From positions 3,240,001 through 3,272,000 of the forward strand of contig NC_006138.1 in the NCBI RefSeq assembly GCF_000025945.1: a stretch of DNA of 32,000 nucleotides, read 5' to 3'. The position numbers and the translations under genes are program-made. The stretch is from Desulfotalea psychrophila LSv54. GTDB taxonomy: Bacteria > Desulfobacterota > Desulfobulbia > Desulfobulbales > Desulfocapsaceae. The first letter of the stretch is position 1, and the number at the start of each line of letters is the position of its first letter. Positions 1 through 8,267 of the stretch are shown piece after piece. Under the pieces are notes generated by a model. That model made no database searches and was not told where the DNA came from. It saw only the letters and a program-made list of their open reading frames with translations.

Positions 1-1059
1 CACCATCTCTGCATCGGCGAGCAACTTAGGCAACCAGATAGGCTCGTCCAAGCTCACCTGATACTCCGGCAAATCTTCCGGAATTCCACCTTTTTTAAAG
101 ACATTCTCAAAATTCTGTTCGGCGGCAATAGCTGCCTCCTCACTATGATAACGAGCTGTAAGCTCCCGAGCCAACTGCTTCTTAACCTCTTTAGGATGCA
201 GGGTCCCTGCTTCCATTTGAGCACGAAGATCCGCAATTTCAGCCGTCGTCAAATCACTTAAGAGCTCATAATAACGAAACATAAGATCATCGGATACCGA
301 GAGGACCTTGCCATAAATAGAATCGGCGTCCTCGGTAATACCAATATAATTACCAAGAGATTTACTCATCTTGTTGACCCCGTCAAGACCTTCAAGCAGG
401 GGTAGGGTGAGGACAACCTGTGGCGCTTGGCCCCTTGATCGTTGCAGGTCACGGCCCATGAGCACATTAAAGCGCTGATCGGTACCACCAATCTCAACAT
501 CTGCCTCCAGGGCAACAGAGTCATATCCCTGAATAAGTGGGTACATGAACTCATGAATGGAAATCGGCTTACCTGATTCATAACGGTTTTTAAAATCTTC
601 TCGCTCAAGCATTCTGGCAACAGTCAGCTCCGAGGCAAGTTGAATCATTTCATGGGCGGTCAACTTACTCAGCCAAGTACTGTTAAAAGCCACGGTGGTC
701 TTTTCTGGATCAAGAATCTTAAAAACCTGCTTCTTGTAGGTCTCGGCGTTTTCAGCAACCTGTTCGACGGTCAGAGCCTTACGAGTCTCTGACTTGCCTG
801 TGGGATCGCCAATCATACCGGTAAAGTCACCAATCAAAAAGATAACCTGATGCCCGAGATCCTGAAATTGCTTTAATTTCTGCAGGAGCACAGTATGACC
901 AAGATGAAGATCCGGGGCAGTTGGATCAAAGCCGGCCTTTACCTTTAGGGGAATACCGGTCTCAGCTGATTTTTTGAGCTTTTTCACCAGTTCATCACGG
1001 GAAATACAGTCAACACATCCCCGTTCTATCAATTCTATCTGTTCTTCAAGAGAAGGCAT
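1..1059 (-). CDS. tyrS: Tyrosyl-tRNA synthetase, 3' end truncated by the window edge
   Basis: Manual reverse translation from ATG at 1059 gives [30 protein letters not shown]...[31 protein letters not shown]...[14 protein letters not shown]..., the class I TyrRS HIGH-like region, continuing with ...MSKSLGN.... The supplied ORF track lacks it because it runs off the window. Confidence 0.95.
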   Translation of the reverse strand, partial: MPSLEEQIELIERGCVDCISRDELVKKLKKSAETGIPLKVKAGFDPTAPDLHLGHTVLLQKLKQFQDLGHQVIFLIGDFTGMIGDPTGKSETRKALTVEQVAENAETYKKQVFKILDPEKTTVAFNSTWLSKLTAHEMIQLASELTVARMLEREDFKNRYESGKPISIHEFMYPLIQGYDSVALEADVEIGGTDQRFNVLMGRDLQRSRGQAPQVVLTLPLLEGLDGVNKMSKSLGNYIGITEDADSIYGKVLSVSDDLMFRYYELLSDLTTAEIADLRAQMEAGTLHPKEVKKQLARELTARYHSEEAAIAAEQNFENVFKKGGIPEDLPEYQVSLDEPIWLPKLLADAEMV

Positions 1060-1123
1060 ATCCACACTCTACTTTTTTTTTATCTGTAAGCCAGGGAGGC
1101 GCAGGGTCTGCCCTCCCCATCCT

Positions 1124-2689
1124 TTATTTTGCGTACTCTACCGACCTTGTCTCACGAATAACTGTGACACGAATCTGACCTGGATAGGTAAGTTTTTCTT
1201 CAATACTTGCAGCAATATTCCTACTCAAAAGCGTCGCCTCGGCATCACTTATCTTTTGAGCATCTGCAATAATACGCAAATCACGACCCGCCTGAATTGC
1301 ATAGGATTTATCTACCCCAGGAAATTTATTAGCTATCGCCTCTAGGTCTTCTAAACGCTTAACATAACTTTGAAGCATCTCTTTACGAGCGCCGGGACGG
1401 GCGCCAGAAAGTGCATCCGCTGCCTGAACCAGGATATCCAAAACACTCTTGGGAGGTTGATCGGCATGGTGAGCACCAATTGCATAGACAATCTCATCAG
1501 GCTCGCCATATTTCTTAGCCAGATCCCGACCAATAACAGCATGGGACCCCTCAACCTCATGATCAACAGCCTTGCCGATATCATGCAACAGCCCAGCCCG
1601 CTTAGCCATTTTCACATCAATACCCAACTCGGCTGCCATGATGCCACAGAGAAAGGCCACCTCAAGAGAGTGTTGTAAGACGTTTTGCCCATAACTGGTA
1701 CGGTAACGCAAACGGCCAAGAAGTTTGATCAACTCTACGTGGACGCCATGAGCACCAACATCAAACGTTGCCTGCTCACCAGCCTCACACATAACTTCAT
1801 CAAGCTCTTTCGACACCTTCTCAACAACCTCTTCAATTCTACCTGGATGAATACGACCATCACTGATTAGTTGAATGAGAGCAAGACGGGCAACTTCACG
1901 ACGGACAGGATTGAAGCCGGAAAGAATAACAGCCTCCGGAGTATCATCAATAATAATATCAATCCCCGTTGCTGCTTCGATAGCACGAATATTGCGACCC
2001 TCTCGACCAATAATACGGCCCTTCATCTCATCACTTGGCAGAGGTACCATGGAAACTGTCTTATCGGCGACATAGTCACCGGCATAACGACAAATTGCCA
2101 GGGCCAAAATACTACGCGCCTTGCGATCTGCCTCAAGTTTCATCTCATTTTCAATTTTAGAGAGCCGTTTCGCCGCATCCATCTGGGCCTCACTCTCAAT
2201 GGATTCCATCAAGAGCTTTTTCGCCTCATCCTGGGTAATACCGGCAATACGAGCAAGTTCGTCCCGTTGTTTGAGGATCTCATTATCAGCTTCCTCATGT
2301 TTTACATCTACCTCACGCAGGCGACGTTCAAGGGCCTTCTCGGCAACAACATGACGACTTTGACGTTTTTCAAAACGCTCATTTTCACGTTTTATATTAT
2401 CACGTTGCTTCTTCAGCTGTCGATGTTCATCCTTAAGATCATCACGTTCAAGCTTTACCTCAGCCTCTAAGCTCTGCTTTATTTGATACACCTCTTCCTT
2501 GCTCTGCAACAAGGCTTCCTTCTTTAACTGCTCGGCATCAATAATAGCATTTTCAATAATCTGCTTACTCTGAGCCTGAATATTCTGCTGTTGACGTTCA
2601 ACAAGCTGTTTCCTCAGGAAAAAACCAATCAAGCAACCGACAATTAAGTCAAGCCCCAGATAAACAAATGGATGTTCAATAAAAAACAT
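1124..2689 (-). CDS. rny: Ribonuclease Y
   Basis: 521 aa: N-terminal TM segment, long charged coiled coil, KH domain ([28 protein letters not shown]) and HD domain ([12 protein letters not shown]). Confidence 0.96.
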   Translation of the reverse strand: MFFIEHPFVYLGLDLIVGCLIGFFLRKQLVERQQQNIQAQSKQIIENAIIDAEQLKKEALLQSKEEVYQIKQSLEAEVKLERDDLKDEHRQLKKQRDNIKRENERFEKRQSRHVVAEKALERRLREVDVKHEEADNEILKQRDELARIAGITQDEAKKLLMESIESEAQMDAAKRLSKIENEMKLEADRKARSILALAICRYAGDYVADKTVSMVPLPSDEMKGRIIGREGRNIRAIEAATGIDIIIDDTPEAVILSGFNPVRREVARLALIQLISDGRIHPGRIEEVVEKVSKELDEVMCEAGEQATFDVGAHGVHVELIKLLGRLRYRTSYGQNVLQHSLEVAFLCGIMAAELGIDVKMAKRAGLLHDIGKAVDHEVEGSHAVIGRDLAKKYGEPDEIVYAIGAHHADQPPKSVLDILVQAADALSGARPGARKEMLQSYVKRLEDLEAIANKFPGVDKSYAIQAGRDLRIIADAQKISDAEATLLSRNIAASIEEKLTYPGQIRVTVIRETRSVEYAK

Positions 2690-3121
2690 AAGAGATTTCG
2701 CCTATATACACGACTGACACTACAGAAACACAGGAAGAGGCACAACAAGATATGACATAGAATATGCCACAAGAAAAAGCTATTAAACAAGAAAGTTACC
2801 GCCTAGACTGAAGACCCGTTCTACTCCACAGCAACATAGAAACAAAAGCCACCAGTCACCCTACAAACAAAAAAACCTTCTCCCCAATATGCCGTTATCC
2901 TCACTGAAAAGAGGAGATAAGAGAAAACCCATATCCAACCTTTCAACATCCGTATATTACTCAACAGAATTTCTGTTGGAATCAATCTTCTTAATTATTT
3001 TAATGCACCAGCAAGAGTCTTATCACAACGATCTACTCTTGCTTCCACATTTATTTGCATTTATATTTTGAGATAAAACTATATCCCACAGGATCCAAAC
3101 AAGATCTCTGAAAAATCATAA

Positions 3122-3296
3122 AAATCCCCCACACTGCCGTGTCGCTAAGATAGTTAAACCTAAATTAATAGGTGGGCATCATATTATCAGCTCAGCCAAT
3201 TCGTCACCGATTCACCTTTACTGACAAGAGACAACGCCCTTTTATTGAGAGTTGGCTCAACACACTTTAGCAATCACCAACAGCACAGGGGAATAT
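3122..3296 (-). ncRNA. ssrS: 6S RNA
   Basis: Minus-strand ATTCCCCTGTGCTGTTGG...GTTGAGCCAACTC...TTAGCGACACGGCAGTGTGGGGGATTTTT. The termini 3279-3291 and 3126-3138 form a continuous 13-bp closing stem (with G-U pairs), followed by a U-tract. It lies directly downstream of zapA, the classical ssrS context. Exact ends are approximate; no covariance-model search was run. Confidence 0.85.
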
Positions 3297-3324
3297 CATC
3301 TTTTCTTCTAAACTTACACTCACT

Positions 3325-3330
3325 AGGATA
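3325..3330 (-). promoter_or_regulatory. Candidate -10 element (TATCCT) for the 6S RNA precursor
   Basis: Minus-strand TATCCT lies about 30-40 nt upstream of the predicted mature 5' end; no clear -35. Confidence 0.35.
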
Positions 3331-3374
3331 GCAAATTTTTGCTTAAACGAAAACCTATTTAAGGTCCTCCAGCA

Positions 3375-3677
3375 CTATTTTTCCAAGTGACCTGCTATAT
3401 CTTCACTAAGCTGGCTAATGCGCCTCAAAGAGTCTTCACGATACTGACGAGAATCGCGTTGCAGACAGACATAATCAGAGGCCATCTTCAAACAGGCACG
3501 CACAGCGATTTTTGCTACCAATAAAGACCCCTTTGGTCCATCATTATCCTCCCTTATGCCATCACGAACCAAAGAGAGGATGTGCTCCATATCCTCTTCG
3601 GACTCTTCCGTATAAAAAGAAAATTGTTGACCAAGAAGCTCAAATTGTACTAATCGCTCACTATCTGACATAGACAT
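3375..3677 (-). CDS. zapA: Cell division protein ZapA
   Basis: 100 aa, MSMSDSERLVQFELLGQQFSFYTEESEEDMEHILSLV...VAKIAVRACLKMASDYV; ZapA-type length and pattern, next to 6S RNA. Second Met (3671) is an alternative start. Confidence 0.85.
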   Translation of the reverse strand: MSMSDSERLVQFELLGQQFSFYTEESEEDMEHILSLVRDGIREDNDGPKGSLLVAKIAVRACLKMASDYVCLQRDSRQYREDSLRRISQLSEDIAGHLEK

Positions 3678-3739
3678 AACCTCTGCACAACAAAAAAGCT
3701 TGCTCTCATAAATTGACGCCCAGCTTTTTGTCAGATACC

Positions 3740-4027
3740 TTAGCCATTATGGTAAGAAGACTCTTGAACCACATCTTCCTGTACCACAGGGCTCTCTGCA
3801 GATACACCTCCACCAGTCAGATCACGCTCCCAGCTTTCAAACTGGGTAACAATGCGAGTCACACGCTCTGAAATATCCTCTTTCTCTAACTGTTGCATAG
3901 CAAGCTGATCATTGAGTTCTTCGATAACAGCCTGCTTTTCAACAAGTTTAACCCGCAAGGTCTCAAAATCCTTCAAAAGCTTTCCTACAAATATTTCAAG
4001 TCGTTGCAATTCATTTCCTTCACTCAT
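3740..4027 (-). CDS. Small coiled-coil cell division protein, ZapB-like
   Basis: 95 aa with a heptad-like N-terminal coiled coil (LQRLEIFVGKLLKDFETLRVKLVEKQAVIEELNDQLA), immediately upstream of zapA. Confidence 0.65.
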   Translation of the reverse strand: MSEGNELQRLEIFVGKLLKDFETLRVKLVEKQAVIEELNDQLAMQQLEKEDISERVTRIVTQFESWERDLTGGGVSAESPVVQEDVVQESSYHNG

Positions 4028-4117
4028 CGTAATCGCCTCTCAACCCAATAACGTTTTATAAAAATAATCTCATTTTTAAGTAAAAAATTCATATATTTGC
4101 TTCACTAACAACAAAAA

Positions 4118-4603
4118 CTATATTCGAGAATAACTCCAACTCAAAGGACGGGAGCCATTATACGGCATATAACCATGAAAGGTACGCGGATCATCGTCAA
4201 AAACAAGCGGCAAAAAATAACGATCTCCTTCCCACATAGGCAAGTCTTGGAGGCGATCGATATCTACCCACAACAAATCCCCCTCTTCATTAGAATTATA
4301 GGGGATACCGCTAAAAGCTTCAACACGAAAAATAAATCCGAGCCAATTCTCTCCATTCGGGCCAAAGCCTGTCCAGTTAATAGTACCTCGAAGTGTCACG
4401 TTTTCACAAACAATTCCCGCCTCCTCATGTATTTCCCGACGAAGACACTGCACAATATCTTCACTGGCCTCCATCTTACCACCAAGGCCATTATACTTCC
4501 CCAGGTGCTGATCAGATTCCCGTTTATTACGATGAACAAGCAAGGTCTGCTTGCCATTCGGAGATATAATATAGACAAGAGAGCCAATAATTGGTGTATA
4601 CAT
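4118..4603 (-). CDS. Nudix hydrolase, MutT-like
   Basis: Complete Nudix box GGKMEASEDIVQCLRREIHEEAGI. The track starts at GTG 4615; ATG 4603 (MYTPIIGSLVYI) is an equally or more likely start. Confidence 0.9.
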   Translation of the reverse strand: MYTPIIGSLVYIISPNGKQTLLVHRNKRESDQHLGKYNGLGGKMEASEDIVQCLRREIHEEAGIVCENVTLRGTINWTGFGPNGENWLGFIFRVEAFSGIPYNSNEEGDLLWVDIDRLQDLPMWEGDRYFLPLVFDDDPRTFHGYMPYNGSRPLSWSYSRI

Positions 4604-4659
4604 GATTTTTAACACATCCTATAGACAAACATATTATTTTGCAGCCTGCCAGAGTATGA

Positions 4660-4665
4660 TATAAT
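4660..4665 (+). promoter_or_regulatory. Extended -10 promoter element (TGATATAAT) 7 bp before the ATG at 4672
   Basis: TG at 4657-4658, A at 4659, TATAAT at 4660-4665. Confidence 0.55.
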
Positions 4666-4671
4666 CACGAC

Positions 4672-6045
4672 ATGAAAAGACTACGCATTAATCAAAGACA
4701 ACAAAATGCCCAAGTATACACTGCATTTATTATAAAGGAAAAGAAATTCCTCAAAGTTTTCCTCTGTCTTTTTACAGTCCTACTACTTTCTAGCAGTGCC
4801 CATGCAACTCATCAGCTTAACTTTCCATATTATCCTGAAATAAAGGTCAATATCGATTTCTGGGAAAAAATATACGGTATCTATAGCCAGGGAGAGGGGA
4901 TTGTCCATGATAGGGAACAGCTTAACCTCGTTTACGAGATAATTCCTCTCATCGACCCCACCCTTCCAGCCGCGACTCGAATAAACCGGAACACTCGAAA
5001 AAGGGTCCTTAAAAAATACAAAACTCTCCTCATTGCCCTCAGCACAGGGACGCCTGCAAGAACTCTTAACGAAAAGAGGGTGGCAAGCTATTTCAGAGGA
5101 AAAAACAGAAAAAAACGACTTCGCCAAGCTGCCAAAAATATCCGTATTCAAACAGGCCTGAAAAAACGCTTTGAACAGGGAGTCGTTCGTTCCGGTAGAT
5201 ACATAAATGAAATCAAGAAAGTATTTATCTCCCGCGGCCTGCCCATGGAGCTTGCCTACCTACCCCACGTTGAATCCAGCTTCAATAGCAAGGCCCACAG
5301 CAAATATGGTGCCCGCGGCATGTGGCAATTCACTAAGAGCACAGGAAGGGACTATCTACGAATCGACAGACTCATCGATGAACGTTGTGATCCCATACGA
5401 GCATCGGAGGCCGCAGCCTCTTATCTCAAAGAGAGTTTTGCAGTATTGGGCACTTGGCCCCTCGCCCTAACCTCATATAATTATGGTAGAGCCGGAATGC
5501 TTCGAGCCCTCAAGACCAAGGGGAGCTATCCTAAAATGTTCGAGTCCTACAGTGAAGGCCATTTTAAATTTGCCTCGCGAAATGTCTATCCAGAGTTCAT
5601 TGCCGCCTACAATGTTGCCCGGAGGATAGAACAAAATAGCAGTATAAAAAAAGAACGAGCCCTACGGACAAGATATCTGCAGATATCAAATTTCATAAGT
5701 ACCGCCAGCATTGGTCGGCATTTTAAATTACCGGAACGGGTTATAGCAGAACTGAACCCGGCCCTGAGCAATTTTATCCTCAGCGGAGATAAGTACATTC
5801 CCGCCGGCTACATCCTTCGCCTTCCCCAAACTCCACTGATCAGCAAACGCCTGAACAAGATTCCTCCCTCTGCCTATCGAAAAAGGCAAAAAAAGGACAA
5901 TTTTCACATCGTACAAAGAGGAGAAACGGCAGGCTCCATCGCCATCCAGCACGAAGTTTCTCTCACAAGCCTGATCCTGGCCAACAAGTTGGATGAAGAT
6001 GCCACAATCCGCCGTAAACAAAAACTAAGACTGCCCATCTTATAA
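4672..6045 (+). CDS. Lytic transglycosylase, SLT domain with C-terminal LysM (MltD-like)
   Basis: Signal-like segment FLKVFLCLFTVLLLSSSAHA; SLT motif LPYLPHVESSFNSKAHSKYGARGMWQFTKSTGRDY; LysM HIVQRGETAGSIAIQHEVSLTSLILANKL. Confidence 0.93.
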   Translation: MKRLRINQRQQNAQVYTAFIIKEKKFLKVFLCLFTVLLLSSSAHATHQLNFPYYPEIKVNIDFWEKIYGIYSQGEGIVHDREQLNLVYEIIPLIDPTLPAATRINRNTRKRVLKKYKTLLIALSTGTPARTLNEKRVASYFRGKNRKKRLRQAAKNIRIQTGLKKRFEQGVVRSGRYINEIKKVFISRGLPMELAYLPHVESSFNSKAHSKYGARGMWQFTKSTGRDYLRIDRLIDERCDPIRASEAAASYLKESFAVLGTWPLALTSYNYGRAGMLRALKTKGSYPKMFESYSEGHFKFASRNVYPEFIAAYNVARRIEQNSSIKKERALRTRYLQISNFISTASIGRHFKLPERVIAELNPALSNFILSGDKYIPAGYILRLPQTPLISKRLNKIPPSAYRKRQKKDNFHIVQRGETAGSIAIQHEVSLTSLILANKLDEDATIRRKQKLRLPIL

Positions 6046-6182
6046 GCCTTGTGTTTTTACACACAATTAATACAATGACAACATTGTATCCAGGCATTAG
6101 AGATATGCAGGTCAAAACATTTTACCCAAACGAACTCAACATGCCATAGGCAGATGGTTGACAAAAAGCACAGGGAGCACAT

Positions 6183-6545
6183 ATGAATATATCAGCAAAA
6201 ATAGCCGAATTAAAAAAACGACCTGACTTTGCAGAGAACGTGGGAATGATCCTTGCCCACAATGGCGTAGTCAGGAAGTGGTCCAGAGCCCAGGAAGGAA
6301 AAATAAATGTTCTTGAGGTAAGGGCCAACAAAAATAAAATAGAGGCTCTTCGCCAAGAATACCTTAAACACGAGGGTATTTATGAAATACTGGTAGAATC
6401 TCACTCAGGAAAATTTTACCCTGGAGATGATCTTTTATTCATCGTTGTAGCAGGGGATATCCGAGAAAATGTCAAACCGGTTCTCTCAGACCTCCTCAAC
6501 AGAATAAAGAGTGAAGCCATTGAGAAGAGGGAAATTTTCGAATAA
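6183..6545 (+). CDS. MoaE-like (molybdopterin synthase large subunit family) protein, divergent
   Basis: 120 aa; GVVRKWSR, VESHSGKFYPGDDLLFIVVAGDIRENV and RIKSEAIEKREIFE align by eye with MoaE. Good RBS (GGGAG). Confidence 0.65.
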   Translation: MNISAKIAELKKRPDFAENVGMILAHNGVVRKWSRAQEGKINVLEVRANKNKIEALRQEYLKHEGIYEILVESHSGKFYPGDDLLFIVVAGDIRENVKPVLSDLLNRIKSEAIEKREIFE

Positions 6546-6617
6546 TATCCTTTACAATTACTGCCAGAGTCCACAGGGCCTCGGCAGTAAGCCCCCCTCC
6601 CCCCTTCAATAAAACAT

Positions 6618-7850
6618 ATGCAAAACAAAATACTCTCCGCCCAAAGACTTCAGCGAATCGGCACCTACCTTCTGCAGCAAACCATCATCATAATTATTAG
6701 TACCGCACGGGGATTTAAACAAAATAAACTCTCCCTTCGGTCAAGTGCCCTGACATACACTACCCTACTCTCTCTGGTACCAATACTTGCCATGAGCACC
6801 GCTGTAGTGAAGGGCTTAGGCGGAGGCGACCAACTACGAAATGTTGCCTATAGCTATATCCAGACCCTGGAAAAGGCATCGCCTGCCGCTGCCCCGACGG
6901 ACCAGGGGAGCGACAAATCCACATTTACCACCCATCTCCGTTCAGCGGTAAAGCAGGTATTTGACTATGTGGACAGAACAAATTTTGCCACCTTGGGTTC
7001 CTTTGGCATGGCCGGCATCATCCTCAGTGTCATCCTGGTCTTCAGCCATATTGAAACGGCAATGAACGCCATCTGGAAGGTACACAGTAGCAGGTCTATA
7101 ATGCGTAAGCTCTCAGACTACGTCACCCTTTTAGTCCTTATGCCTATTTCCATAAATATAGCCTTTGCCGCAAGCGCCTTCCTCAAAAGCCCCACACTCA
7201 ACTCTAAAATTGATATTTTTGTCCCCTTTGCCTGGCTACAGACACTCCTCTTTCAATTTATCCCCGTCTTCTTTATAGCCCTGACTCTCTATGTTATTTA
7301 TCTCTTTTTCCCAAACACCAAGGTGAAAAACCTTCCGGCAGCGCTCGGCGCCCTCCTTGCCGGCAGCCTTTGGTTTTTCGTGCAAAACATTTACATAGGT
7401 CTACAAATTGGGGTGGGCAACTACAACGCCATCTATGGCTCCTTCGCAACAGTACCACTGTTTCTTATCTGGATGTATCTGGGCTGGGTGTTCATCCTCT
7501 TTGGGGCTCAATTTGCCTTTGCCATCCAAAACAGAAAGAGCTACTCCCTCCGGCCCGACAACAGCTCCCCCGCACTTCAGCTAGGTGCAGCCTTTGATAT
7601 TATAAATCTCGTCCACAAGAATCCACTGGCCATAACAGAGATAGAAGGCAAACTGACTGACTACTCAGCAGAACTCATAAAAGAGACCATCACAAAACTG
7701 CATCGCGGTACAGCCATCCATATCATAGAGGAGACCTATCTTGTCCCCACGACACCCAGAAAAAAAATAAGCTCCCCTGCCATCATCTCCATCATCCTTG
7801 GCCAGGAATTCGAAAATATAATAGAAAAAAAAACGCCAACACCCCTCTAA
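6618..7850 (+). CDS. YihY/BrkB-family inner membrane protein
   Basis: 410 aa, multiple TM segments; LRSSALTYTTLLSLVPILAM and GAIYGSFATVPLFLIWMYLGWVFILFGAQFAFAIQN typical of the family (actual residues include YNAIYGSFATVPLFLIW). Confidence 0.93.
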   Translation: MQNKILSAQRLQRIGTYLLQQTIIIIISTARGFKQNKLSLRSSALTYTTLLSLVPILAMSTAVVKGLGGGDQLRNVAYSYIQTLEKASPAAAPTDQGSDKSTFTTHLRSAVKQVFDYVDRTNFATLGSFGMAGIILSVILVFSHIETAMNAIWKVHSSRSIMRKLSDYVTLLVLMPISINIAFAASAFLKSPTLNSKIDIFVPFAWLQTLLFQFIPVFFIALTLYVIYLFFPNTKVKNLPAALGALLAGSLWFFVQNIYIGLQIGVGNYNAIYGSFATVPLFLIWMYLGWVFILFGAQFAFAIQNRKSYSLRPDNSSPALQLGAAFDIINLVHKNPLAITEIEGKLTDYSAELIKETITKLHRGTAIHIIEETYLVPTTPRKKISSPAIISIILGQEFENIIEKKTPTPL

Positions 7851-7857
7851 TTTTGCA

Positions 7858-7908
7858 TAAAAAAAGCCCTGCAGTAAATGTCTTATAAAAGATATTCACG
7901 GCAGGGCT
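7858..7908 (-). terminator. Rho-independent terminator of the pcrA-folC-HNH direction
   Basis: Arms 7891-7908 and 7865-7882 form an 18-position stem (two mismatches, one G-T) around an 8-nt loop; on the minus strand a run of seven Ts follows. Confidence 0.85.
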
Positions 7909-7961
7909 GAGGGGCATGGGGGGCTTACCATCCCTAATTCTGGTAAAGACAAAAAGGTAAA

Positions 7962-8267
7962 TTATTTTTTCTCTGCAAGACCCTCCTGATAGGCCTCCCA
8001 TTCCAGAGGAAGCATATTTTTTTTCTTATTATTGCAATCCTTACAACAGGGCACCAGATTATCCTTAGAACTCCTGCCACCACGGGCAAGGGGCACCAGA
8101 TGATCCATGGTCACATCCTTATAGAGCACCTTTTTACTACAGTAATAGCAGAGTCCTGAAGAGGTTTTCTGCTGCCACCAACGGGTCTTCCGCAAATCAC
8201 GGGCCTTGGCCCGTTCCCTGCGTATGGTCGCCTCATCCACCGCATCAAAATCAAAATTTTCTATCAT
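7962..8267 (-). CDS. HNH endonuclease domain protein
   Basis: 101 aa, CYYCSKKV...TMDHLVPLARGGRSSKDNLVPCCKDCNNKKKNMLP: complete HNH fold signature with CxxC pairs. Confidence 0.88.
   Translation of the reverse strand: MIENFDFDAVDEATIRRERAKARDLRKTRWWQQKTSSGLCYYCSKKVLYKDVTMDHLVPLARGGRSSKDNLVPCCKDCNNKKKNMLPLEWEAYQEGLAEKK

Noticed and set aside
54-620. Two minus-strand ORFs listed inside tyrS (54-236, 366-620)
   Set aside because: They are out of frame with the real tyrS reading frame, which the track omits because it runs off the window.
974-2470. Several plus-strand ORFs (974-1345, 1370-1678, 1685-1870, 1871-2470) antisense to tyrS/rny
   Set aside because: Shadow ORFs of the RNase Y coding region and tyrS start; the 1871-2470 ORF mirrors the coiled-coil codons.
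2889-3071. 60-aa plus-strand ORF in the 6S-rny gap
   Set aside because: No RBS or motif; it crosses both hairpin-forming dyads, so a structural or leader role is more likely than coding.
7792-8001. 69-aa minus-strand ORF downstream of the HNH gene
   Set aside because: It spans the Rho-independent terminator and overlaps two convincing genes.
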